From Mizuhopecten yessoensis (lineage: Eukaryota), in NCBI RefSeq assembly GCF_002113885.1, contig NW_018408622.1, positions 206,312-270,311 on the forward strand: a stretch of DNA of 64,000 nt. The letters run 5' to 3'. The position numbers and the translations under genes are program-made. Under the pieces are notes generated by a model. That model had not been told where the DNA came from, did no database searches, and worked only from the letters and a program-made list of their open reading frames with translations. This document shows, one piece after another, positions 51,001 to 64,000 of the stretch. Positions within the stretch are counted from its first letter, which is position 1. Each line of letters begins with the position of its first letter.

Positions 51001-54000
51001 AATAATAACTGCTCCCCACAGGAAGTATTGTAACATAATGCATTATAATATCTTATAAGCCTGTGCTATGATAATGCATTCATTACAGATAACTGAACTT
51101 TACTTATCAGTTAAACTCATTTTACTCACTGATGTATTTAAATTGTGATATTCTATTTTGATAATTTACAATATCATAAGATATCATGGACAAATTTAAA
51201 TGTAATGTGAATGTACAACCTGGTTTTATAATATGATGGTTAAACGGGAAAGTTTTGAATGAAAACATCGTCTATTGTCGTTCTGGAGATTTATATAATG
51301 AAGTAGGTATTTAAAAAGCCATGTTCCCATGACAAGGACATGACTTGGATATATGACCTCAAATATTCTCCTTTCGTGTCAACCAATCATTATTAAGACA
51401 AGGAACATGAGCTGCAAAGTGATGTATCATGGGGTCACATCCGGGTATTTAATAAAAGTTCAGTTGACACCAGATGACGACAGCGTTACTTTGTCGACAT
51501 TAGGTGGCACCACGGTAAATCATTGCCTGTCCGAAAAAAAAGGACACTGTGGTCAAAAACGTTTTAACTGGCGATGCGCTGGTGACAACACGCTAGAGAT
51601 ATGTCTACAAATGTACGATGTCGTTTGTCACGAGGTTATAAAAGTGCCATGCCTCATCCGTAAATAACGCCAGGAGACAAATACCTCTGTTAGCCATTTG
51701 TACAACAAGCTATTAACACTCAAACTACACATACGTTTCTCCCAGGTCTGTGAGATACAGTCTCGCGCCGTGCTACTGTGTGGGGCATTAAAATAGGTGG
51801 TGTTTATCAGTATGTATGAATGGTGCAACACACACTAGTCAACCATTTGTAAACCAAGCCGCGCTGTTACCGTGATTTCGTCAGTGTCGGGGTCATAGAA
51901 ACTCTACACAGTAGTATACCTTACCCATTGTTCCTTTGATCTCGTCAGGCAGGGTCACAAAAACGCTACACTCAAACAATCCCGTGTGCAACCTGAGCTG
52001 CAATACATTCAATTTCAGCTGAAAACATTTGTAACGGCCGAGTCATTATACTACTGCTAGATACCTTACCATATTGTTATAGTAAAACTGAATGAAATGC
52101 CAACTTATTAACTAGTCTATGATCAACACCGCCATGGTACTGCAACATCTGTACACATGAGTTAGATGTTGCATTCAAGAATAGATTTATTCCTTCATTT
52201 CGTACACCCTCTCGTTTCGTACCCAACTTATCAGTAGTTACACGGCGTTGTATATCTGATATCGTACAGAACCTCGTGCAAACTATTTTTAAACGGCAAG
52301 CTGGAATTCTTTGTATGTTATGAGATATGACCGCAACTACTTACAAATGGGTGGAACATTTGATTTTCAACAGGATTCTGGCGTTTGATAAAATGAAGTT
52401 GCCATCTAGTAAAATGATTATAGGCATCAAGACTATCAAGAGCGGTTTCGGATTGAGCAGTCGTGAGAAGACAGAAACATCACTTTATCTTACCCAGGCT
52501 ACTGAAGTTGGCAGCCAGCGCCAGCATGTAATGGACGTGTTTTCGTATATATTGTATCACAAATATTTATACATGGCTACGTCTGAGATTCAAGGGAAAT
52601 CCCCTCGTGGCATATTAACCCTCCCTGGATCACTGATCTCTAATAAGGCAGTTTGTAGTTGTTTGCCTGCCTTTCTCATTACAACTGATTCTAAACATGC
52701 TAATGTAATACGTAACAACCATGACATATCCTTCAGATGCGTCCTCCTCTAGCACGAAGCCCTGCCACATCTACTTTTTTTTTTTACAGAAAACACAGTA
52801 TGTGATAATTTTTTAGGGTTTTGGAGAAAGGAGCAGGTTTTTTTTGTGGAGGAAATTTGTCGGTGTAAATATGAATAGTCTTTTGCCTGCTGAGTACCAC
52901 CGAACAGCGTGTGGTTTTGTTTTTATTTCTTGTGTCCTGGTAATATAAACAAAGATAGTTAATAGACTGATTGACATATCAAGGGAATGTTGCCACTTGG
53001 TTTTAGTAGCATGCACTGTCTGTAACGTAGACCTAAAGACTCCAGAGAAAGAGGCAGAGTAATTGTGCTATCGTGCTAAAGAGTGATACTATATACATTC
53101 TCTTGTATGTAAAAGAACCGATTTTCTTCCTCATCTATCCCGTATTGATTGCTTGCTACCTCATAAGAGAGGTTTCAAAATAATTAGCTCTTCTCCGAAC
53201 AGCTTACAAACGGGTTCGATTATCTTTATTGGCAGAATTATAATAATGTTGAAATTTTGCGTTTGCTGTTTATATAAGCATAGCGTAACTGCATTGAATA
53301 ATGAGTCTTATTCTGTGGGGAATACAGAAAGTTAAATAATGGTTTATTACTTTAAAACAAGCAGCATACGAACAGCCAAGAAAATACAATAACGGGAAAT
53401 ATTTAGCCTGACACTCAAAGTTTTACCTTTTCCATTCAACTGTAAATGTGACAAAACTAATGACAAAACAGAGGCAATAAATAGTGACTTTTGTGTACAT
53501 TATAACAGTAAAGCGGTTACTTTTTATTTGCTCGAATGTGAAAAGGCAAACCACAGTTGTATAAAAAAAAGTATGTTTAACAAATATTGACAACATGCTT
53601 TATGACTTTACGTTTGTAAAGCTGATGACAGGTATTGCATAGAAAAGAAATTTCAATTCTTTTTTCAAGAGTATATTTTACTGTATAACTGACCTCGCAT
53701 ATATCATAAATTATTTCCTTTGCAGGAACAAAAACAACACACACACACGACTTGTACCAAGATGGGAGCATGGCGTGCTCGCTGGAAGTGTTAGACATGT
53801 GCAATGGGGTTGACTGGAAACTAAACTGGATATTTATGACCTTGAGAAACACATGAAATGTATAATACAGTTTTTATTTTGCCTAACATGTTGTGTCAAA
53901 CGTAAAACCTATCAGATTAACAGTGCAGCTTGTATATTTTTTTTCCTCGTGTTATACCATACTGTTTAAATTGAGGAATTACTGCAGGCATACCATTACA

Positions 54001-57000
54001 TGCATGACTTGAGTGACCGTAAAAACAAGACAAGAAATAAATGTATATCAAAGTTAAGATAATAATTGTCAAGTCTTAAATCTTCATGAAAATAGACTTG
54101 GAAATAAATTTATAGAATAAATTTTTCTGTTTAAAACAATTTAGTTCAAGTTTATATTCCTAACCTATACGGGTTGACGCGCTTCCAGATTAATACTACA
54201 AATGCATTGCATACCTGTATTATTTTCCGGTATTAAAAGCATTTCTTTGCGTTGTCAATTGCTTTGTAATGCATTTGCCGACGATCCTTTGGTATCACAT
54301 TTTGAAAAGAAAATCATCTAGAAATGCAGTCACAAGTGTGTTAACTAGATATTTTTTCTGAAACCTAGATTTTGAGGTGGATGATCTTTGACAAATTAAA
54401 GCTTACCCAACATGCTAGGTGTTAAGAAGTTAAACTGACTTTTTACCTGCGTGTTACTTTGTGTCACTGAGCGTACCTGTGTTGTCAGACTGACTTCACC
54501 TGTTTATCAGCTGTAGACCGGTAACACTGGGGCGTCCCTATCTAACTTCTATCACCGGGGGACATTGATTCCAGGAGAGAGATCCACTACCCTAAATCTG
54601 CCACCTCGGCAGGTCAAATAGTTTTATATCCCATTAACTAATATTTTAAAGAAGTAAGGGCCAGAAAAAGTTAATATTAATGTACACCATTATACACCTT
54701 TTAAATATTACATTTGTATTTATAGCTACGTTATGAAAATATTATGTTGCATCTAACATTTTAATGTTTGACGTTTTCTAAGGAATGCGCACACATTCCT
54801 CATGTGTAAGTTGTCACGTGATCTCATATGTATGAAGCATTGTTATCTTAATTCTTTTCAAATGAGATATATTTAAGCCGATATTTTTGAAAAATGATTG
54901 TAAGTTTACAAATATTTCTCTTTTTTCTGTTTTTCAATTTTCTAATATATACTTTAAAATACTTTTTGTTCTGGATGTCAATATTGTTTTCGATACAGAA
55001 ACTAACTTTACGTACTCGTCGTATACATCAAGTCTTCGCCGAGGGTATTTTGCTGTACAATGTTAAACGTCACTGTAGGTAAATGTCCGTACGATAAATA
55101 CAATTTCCAATTTAAATGTTTGAGTGGACTTTTTTACGTGTGGGTTACCGTGTAAGATAAGGGGCAGTATCCTAAACACAACGCGAACGCCTTTGGGGAA
55201 CATGTGCCAAACAGTTTTTGTTTTGTTTTTGTGTTATGTACTGTATATATGTATCGACAGAAAATAACAATTTAAAATTAAGACATAGATGCAAGAAATA
55301 TGACGGTCTGATAATTACGTTTTCAAGTATATTTGTCAAAAATGATACTGTTTTGACTTTAACTGTTATTTATCCTTTTCACAATTTTTTTTTTTTATAT
55401 ATATATAAAATGGAGCTTAATCATTAAAAATTTACAGCATTCGAAGCAAAAACGTAAACTTTGTCACAGTAGTATGGGAATACAGGAAGACACGAATATG
55501 TTATATGTGGACAGAAGTAGTTAGAATTGTTGTTGGTTTCTTGTTCAATGTTAATATTTGATTCTATTTCGACTTAATATGGAATGCGTTGATTTAGTTT
55601 TACAGGGTGATATTAAATGTCTTTCAATAAAACGTATTATTTTCATGTTCTAACGAACCTTTAAAACTGTGGAAGTATTACACAGACAAAACTCCCTGTT
55701 ACTTTGCCAAACACGCCTTCTCTTTTTAATCTAACACAGCAACAGTTGTGTGGAACACACTGCGACAAACAAGGACATCATATTACCTCCAGGAAGGCCT
55801 GTACGGATGTTACGCATGTAATCCGTCTTAATTGAAGTCTGATGATCGCTTTTCCCCTTTCTTATAGAATTGTTAGTGACTAGGATTGCTTCGGCGCTAA
55901 ATCGGTGAAACAATTACGATAAAAACGTCGATAAACACATCCATACTTGGGTATTATACAGGAATTACGCCAGCCATAACCGTTTATTCAAAAGCCTATT
56001 ACGTCGACTTAAGCTCGGGATCGGAACAATACAAATTCATGATGGAATTCAGCTATCATTCAATCACCAATCTAGAAACAAAACCCCGGGAAATCAATAA
56101 GAGACTACTCACTCGTATTAATTATTGGTGCTGTTATCAAAGAGTCCCCGACTCGGAGACCAGCAGTTGGGAAGAAGCATTCCACATTCACTACCACTCC
56201 GTAACGCTTCCTGATTGATGTTGTAATTAATTCGGTTTCGGGAAGTTATATTTAGTGAAATGTTGCATGCTAGATATTTATCAAATAAATCTCTGTCGGT
56301 TTCCGCTGTGTGCAGAGAATAAGATAGAAAATAGATCAAAGGAAATATCACTGAATCGTAGAGTGACGTAACATGACCGTTTCAGAGGGTTTCATGCAGA
56401 TAGTGACAATAGTTATGCTTGCTTTTAAGCATTCACTAATGTGTATGGTACAAAAACAACATTAATACGTTAGTTATCCCAATATTAGTTTACAAGAAGT
56501 GTCTTATTTTTTTTTAAACTAAGGATAATTGTCAGTGAAACTTTAAAATCATATTTTATTGCGTTCTGCTTAACGTTATGATACCATCAAATAATATAAT
56601 ACGCAGTTAGCATAGACGGCACTTGTTGACTCACAGCACGCCGACCAAGTAACTGCCCATTTTGGTATGATTTATAGTGACAACTTCAGAGTCATCTGGT
56701 GACGAACTAATGATTCAGAGATCCAGGGACGATAACTCTAGATAACATCAGAGTGATATTTCAATAGCATGCATACTCGATCCCTGTATAAATGTCAATG
56801 TTGCGCATTATATAGAAATAGATACCTATCTACATTTATGTATATGCAGTATTTTGCCTTGCAAATTAGTTAAACTTACTTTTTTAACCATACGATATTT
56901 GCTTGAACATATGTTATATCGGATGCAGGAGTAAGTTTAACCAATGAAATATTTCTTTTGATATTTTATGTATTTCAATTTCACAAAAGAGGTTTTCAAA

Positions 57001-60000
57001 TGTATTTTCTCCTACACACTACCGATGGTTTTGGTTTTAGCTGTTAATTAACGTCCGGAAGTTGATACGTAGTTGCACATAGCGACCTGATTATGATTCG
57101 GTGCTGATTGGTGTAACTCATTACGTACTTTACGAAACGAATTTCCACCACAAAGAAAACGCTCATTTAGAGTCAATTAGAATGAAAGTATTTCAATATG
57201 GTTTCAGGCAATCGTGCATCAAACGCCCCGCTATCGTACTGGAGAAACAACCCCCATTCAGCGTCGGTAGAATGTGTCTGACGAAGTCACTTATTTGTAA
57301 ATATTTTCATACACACACCAAGCTAATTCTATAACAGATAGAGCTGGACTATTTTTTGCTGCACTTGTGGCCCGCGGCTCATCGCGCGGTGATTAGGCAG
57401 TGCCGTGTTACACAAATCAAGCGTATTATGTCGAGTCTATAGCTCCTGCCGAGCCTTGCCACTGCGATCTACAGTTTTACATCACAAATCGGGATAATGA
57501 CTATTTGAGAAACTAATCTCCTTTGCACAATCTTTTTAGTTCCAAAAGATGTTTTTGGGAAAAAAAGCCTTAATCACTTTTGTACGTTTTGGCAGGGACT
57601 ATTTTTATTTCATGTTTTGCCGAGAATTACATGGTAAAACAGGATGAATGAACCGGAAATTGACATCAAATAATTGTACGAAATGTTACCACTACTATCA
57701 TAAAACGTATCATCAATATCATGCCGGGCATGTTATATGATTGAAATATCCACCACCAAACTATACCTATTCCTTTGCTTTTAATAGTAAAGCTGAAATC
57801 ATATTTCTAAGTAAAACATTTTCTGTATATAGAAACGTTAAACATTATTTGATCAATCCTACCGGTATCTCATTTGTAATATCTACGGTTATCATTACTC
57901 GTTGAGTGACATTGACGTCTTAATATGTTATTTTTTATAATTATAGATTCATTTTTGAGAACATGAGTCATCACTCTGAATAAACCCCCGACTCCACACA
58001 CCTGTCTATAATTGTAGGTATCACGTTTGTCAGGACTCGCCGACTCACTTTGATGTGATAAGTATATTGTACTGGAAATGAAACAACGCCAAAGTAATCA
58101 TTTCATGACCTCTGTCGTTTGACAAGGTCGTGCCCGAGTCACGGACAATACTGACCAGTGCCCAGGGTGGACAGGCGCTGGACATATTGATGTGAAGGGG
58201 TCAAAGAGCTTGTTAGTTTTACATGGCAATGCCGACAGGTTTGTGTGACATACCTTTAAAACATAAGTCCCACTGATGTCTGCATTGTTATTACCGATAT
58301 AGTACCCACTTCAGTAGCGTTGGCCTGACGTGCCATTGTTAGATAAGGACGTCGTTAGCAGGTCTGTAGCTATACTCATCAATCAGACCTTGCAGTTCAA
58401 TATACAGTTAAGTTGTGAGAGTAATCTGCTAACGCTGTACCCAGTCTTAACTTTTAAATGTTGATTATCAGTCCATATCTCCACGAACGAGACACCCATT
58501 CTTAAACGTTCATTACGAAATTGCAAAGTAACGAAAGAAGGCTGATAAGACCCATAACATTTGGGATGTCAGTGTTCCAAATTAACAAATTATCACCGTT
58601 AACTCTCCATAAAACCTCGCTGTGTTCATCCCAAACGATCCACTGTCAAGGTGTTAGTCGATATGCTTAGAGCGAACAGTTTAATGGTGAATGTTTAATC
58701 TGCTCCTTTATAGTGAGTGCCAACTTTTTTTTTCTTCACAACTCTGTTTAAATTATATAAGTTACAATCTAGAGGAAACGTTTAATTTCTACTTATATAA
58801 AACATAACACTGCTTTTGCTTTTATATTTTTGGAAATATTATTTAAGGATTATGTAAGTATCATTTATTAATTTCATATAAAATATTACATGCATGCTGA
58901 ATATTTTTTCAGTTTCTTTACTTTTTTCTTGTTACAGTTTTGTTTTGTATTTAGACAATATTCTTTTGTGAAATATCAGTTATTCAATCTTGAAAATCAC
59001 TTTCTTCAGAATATTTTACTACCGACTAGGTATTAGTTTTACTGACACATATATATATATATCAAATTTGTTTGTCCACTTAAATGTATGCAAGCATTTT
59101 TCCACCATTGCTAACTGTTGGTATTAATCAGTTTGATATGAACCCTTATTGTTATATGATTGTCGATGTATATGTCGATGATAACACCATATTGATGTAG
59201 AAAATAAGTATGAGGTGATTGGTTATCTTGTCTATCTAACACACGTTCATTGACTTTCAGTTTGTACAAAGACATGCTGTCAACCAAGATTCTTGTTTAC
59301 AAGTTGAACATTTACTAACATGATAACCAACCATCAACACCATTCAATAGAGCTGCTTCTTCTAGAAAGATCTTATTATTTCCGAAGAAGGTTATTTTTA
59401 CAACAGATACATATTGTATAAGTTTCAGACTGGGAAGAAATGTACGCAAATTGTAACATAAGGATGAATATGTCTTTTAAGCATGACGTTGCAACGCATT
59501 TAGACGTCATTCTTTCAACCTGAAAACACTTCCATAATTTATACAATTTGTATTTAAAGGAAACAGCACACCGGGTGGAATCAATTACACGTTACGGTGT
59601 ATAATTAATGATATAGGACATTAGTACTTAGTTATGTTGTTACATAGAATAGCACTGTAAAGTATATCTATTCTTGTCACTTGTAAGTATATCTAAGTAT
59701 ACTTACGCATATCATAGATCTCGTACACTATCCGATGGGTATGGCTTATGGATGAGAAGGTATAAGTTTATAACGTGAAAATTATGATATAACTTATTTG
59801 AAATTATAACAGATATACATGTATTACATTTTTGAAATGAAAATAAATTTCGTTTGGATTTAAAATTGTATATGCATTTGTTTATGGCAAAACAGGGAAA
59901 TGGGAATACTACATGAGTTATTGGGTTTTAAACGTTTGACCTTTGACCCTTTGAAAGCAGAAGCACTCCCTGCCTGCTAGCCTATGTAGTCTATAACTCC

Positions 60001-63000
60001 TTGAAGGGATTATTGACAGATGGCATCGAAATGTTCAGCAGATTCCATAGAGAAACATTCAAATTTACACACATAGACAAAAGTATGATGAGAAACTGAT
60101 GTCTAAAGGAAAACACTACAAACACTGACGCAATGGCGGTATTGTTGCAAAATCTGTAATAGACTTCATATTGTAAGCCGTTTACTCTTCCTGTTTATCT
60201 ACGAAGTATGGTTAAATACAAACAGGTGTATTGCTCTATTAGGAAAATTCTATTTCAGGAGTTGTTCATTCATTTCAAAGTTCACACGTCATTGCGTATC
60301 CTATACATTACACTTAGGTTCTAATTGTTATTTATACGGTTCCTCGAGTTTGTATATACTTTTGAATGAATTAACAAAGGAACGTTAATTTTAAGTACAC
60401 GTTTGACAAAAAGGTATGTTATATACATATATTTTTTTTTTAAAAAGCATTTATTGAAAACAAATGATATGCCGTGGGTTCCCCTACGACAGAATCCTGC
60501 TGATTTTTTTTAATAATTTGCCATTTTACTTCATTGACACGTTAGTGTTTATATATTCTAAACATATTTTTTGTTGTATACATTTATATTTCTTTCTCCC
60601 TAAGTGCAAAATATTAAAAGCGTATACTTGAGAAATTTGTTTGCTTGGCTATATTCCAATTTTTTGAATTCTTTACAAACGCTTGTCTCCTGTGATCAGA
60701 ACACATGCGTGTTTCTCGCAGATACGTGCAATAATACATTAACAGCAGAGCAGTTTAATTTTGACAGCTCTTTGAATTTGTTTGAAGTTTTTATCTATTG
60801 CGTTTTCATAACTGAAAATAACCTCCTTAGGGTGTGTAAAAAAAAGAGTATAAATTAACACCGACAATATTGCCTTTCTGCATGAGAGTGCACACGTGAT
60901 AAAAAGTGCACGTGTATAAAGGTTTGAAGTTTGTTGTAGACAAGGTGTTTTCTATACATTTGTATTGTGTATTGTAATTGCATGACAACTGTGATATGGT
61001 TATGCAATAGTTTTGTTAAAATGCTTGACAACATAATTATTAACTGTTACTATAATTTGTTGTGTAACCGAAATGAAGCATTAGGTTTTATAATTATGTA
61101 TAATTAGCACTCATCACGTGCAAAGGTTGTTAAGATTGTGTTTCTAATTACTGTAATCATATAACACAGCTAATTACCTGCAATTATAAATACACATGTC
61201 TCTTTGAAGTCAATCAGTAATTAATGTGCAATAGGTGACATAAATGGACTGTGTCAGATGTGGGATCAGGATGTTTTTTGATGTATGTGGTCAAACGTTA
61301 ATTTCGATGATTAAGACGTTTAAACATATCATTGCACTTTCGTTGTTGTTATAATTAGCACATTTTCAACAGGTGTCCTGTTTAGATAGAAAACGCTTAA
61401 TTGATGTCAGCTGTGTGTACAAGTTAATTGCTTATATAACACTTTATTATCTCCTTTACACGGATTAACAAAGCAAATAAGCCCTAATTTGTCAAATGCA
61501 TGTGCACAACAATTAAAAATATCAAAGATCACAACTTAGAAAATCACGCAAATTATGCAGTAATCTAGCTGCAATAATTTAGCCTCACGCGGAGCTATTT
61601 ATTACTTTAGACATGTCCGTGAATAACTTACTCGGTAATTAACAGTGCAATCTCATTATGTTTGAGAATTCCTTTTCATGTGGAAAATCACATGATATCA
61701 TTTATTTTATTCCATATCAGAAAATTAGAATAAAAAACCATGCCATGCAAATTAAGACGCCTTTGTTATCGAAATAACTTATCCTTGAATGATGAAAGTA
61801 AAACCTTCGAGTTGTTCAAGTGAAAGTGATCAAGTCGATTCGGTAAATGACAAGTAGTGTACCGAAAACGCCCACAGCATCGAGGTAAACCTGAATTTTC
61901 ACAGGTAATTGATAATAAAGAAACGAAATGTTCCCTGGGTAGAAAATACTGACAATTACAAACGTCGTTTTAAATTCGTAGTTAGTTTAAGCTAGCGGAG
62001 AAATCAGACAACACCAGGTTTTGTGGTGAGTATAACAAAAAGAACTCGATGAAGTTAGAGATGTTATCGAATCCTCTGTTGTGAATGATTGTTAAAGGAG
62101 TGGAGTGAGCTTTGCCGTGTTTTCTAGCCGATCCATTGTTTATGAATGTGTTCAGCCTAGCAGATTGGTCACCAATTTCCCCCAATTTACTAGCCTATTA
62201 CACCGTACATAATAAGGTTCGACACGAAATACGTCCTGGCTATACGCCTATATGAAATACTGAGACTTTTTAAAACTCGTGTAAACTAATCGTGAATAGA
62301 CTGAACTCCAAACAGCCTTATCAGGAAAGGCCATCGCTAGTTCTGCCGAGAGTAACACGTATTTATGTATATATGTATCGGCAGTCCCGCGACACCGGTG
62401 ACAGGGCTAACACAGTACCCGAGACCTGCTCTGGTGACCGGCTTGTAAATCGACTTAAAACGCATACTCTAATGTTACAAATTGTTTTTTCTATGAGAAT
62501 CTGCCAAATTATGAGAGTCTCTCAAGTTGTATTCGTTTCTTTTTTTTATTGTAGGGCGGGAGCAGTATTTATTTTAAGGGCGATAATTGGGGTGGTTTTT
62601 TTTAGTTTTATTTATTTTACTTTCATCAGATATAAAATGGATGTGTGTTAGTTTTATAAATCAATTTCCTGTGCTATTGATTTTCAAGATATATTTGTAT
62701 TTTGATATTTACATTACTACACAATAAAATGATACATATGTCTCTAGATAGGATACAGTTATTATTTCGAAAAAAATACCTTGTAAATTAATAAATAATT
62801 AAAACTTAATCTGCCTGCGGTTTATTGATTTATTCTATAGAAAATTATCAAAGCATTTAATTTGATATCAGGCTGAGGTGCTTTGCTATAATCTGGTATC
62901 AATCAGTATAATGATTATACTGTTAATCATACTTTTATAATTACATATCGTGATGTAAATTTCAGTATGTATATATTTTGTTTCTTATTTCCTTTTTATA

Positions 63001-64000
63001 TTAACATAGCTGAAAAGTTCTTAAATTATTGTTGTCAACTAGGTTTGTGAGACTCAGTTCTCTAGCTACTTTGTATATCCTTATCTCTACTAGAACCATT
63101 CCCGATTGATATACAATCGTTTGCCTCCGAATAATTACATTCTGTTAATAAATGTCATAATAAAACGTGTAATTTATTTATTTGAATACGAAACTAAAAG
63201 TTTACGTCAGTAATATAATACTACACGTGCTTTTTCATATCGCAATCAGCAAGCGTCTGTCGAATATTGACTTTTTGTGCTTTGACATAACGTCGGGCAT
63301 TGAAAGCGTTCTAGAGAGCTATGTTTGTTCCAATTTTCAACAAGACACACTTTTTCAGCTCTTTATCGATACCACAACACTAGCACGAAGCGTTGGAAGT
63401 TGGTATTATGTGAAAATTATCACAGCGCTGATAATTAAATTAGCGGTGTGGCGTCGGTGTATCGGGCAGGACGACGGTTTTTTAGGCTCCTACAGGAACT
63501 TCCGAGCGCCATAGCTACTATAAATTGTGTCGAAGTTATATGTTCGCACCATCGTCTTCGTGATGCATACAATATAACTAAGAGAGAATAAATGGAACAC
63601 AATAAAGGCTAGATAAACTCGTGGCTGTGCTTACTTATGACGCATGCAGTAGCTATGTTCATATTTTGAGAAATTGTTAATGTTATTTTTCTATTTTTAC
63701 TTTTATAGTACATTCCAAGCTAAAAAAAACAATTAGAAATATAAATAAATATGTAACATTTATTAATCATATTCTATCATTCTAGAAATACATTTCCACA
63801 ATACATTAGCTCACATCTTTGTAAAATACGTTGTGTTACATGTTTCATATCAGTGTAGCTATCTCGAACATACAGGTATCAAATATTACACAAACGATTA
63901 AATTACACATATTTTTGAGTAACTCATTTTTTTGCTATTGTCCAAATCATTTTAATTTTACGATTTGGACATTTTTCTTTGTGTTCGGTATTTCCAGTGA

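Noticed and set aside
52493-52526. Alternative exon-1 candidate MLALAANFSSL-G|gtaaga (minus)
   Set aside because: Phase is compatible but it is only 11 aa, too short for a signal peptide; weaker than 35891-35984, though not formally excluded.
52327-52752. 141-aa ORF (also 62292..62651 and 63182..63514)
   Set aside because: No homology motif, biased composition or exon boundaries that I can recognise; lengths are compatible with chance.

Overview
AT-rich eukaryotic (animal) genomic DNA. The SINE, HINE and MITE repertoire points to a bivalve mollusc, probably a scallop (inference). Two spliced genes converge. (1) The last four coding exons of METTL6, a tRNA m3C methyltransferase, lie on + (707-4648; the 5' exons are outside the window), with a C-terminal extension containing 13-aa repeats. 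(2) A kinase-less, BAMBI-like TGF-beta type I pseudoreceptor lies on - (exons 30250-30513 and 28431-28783, with a probable signal-peptide exon at 35891-35984). Its putative 3' UTR is rich in Pumilio elements and about 27 kb of gene-free sequence lies upstream. The rest is intron or intergenic DNA containing a TRIM-like element whose LTR carries a tRNA-like sequence (Helenus type), Meta- and V-domain SINEs sharing one tail, CR1 and Penelope relics, a HINE, several MITEs/palindromes and minisatellites (20, 51/52, 74 and 191 bp). There is no CRISPR array or prokaryotic system, and most listed ORFs are spurious. I found no clearly new multi-gene system; the best leads are the divergent BAMBI-like protein, its regulatory elements and the tRNA-LTR TRIM.
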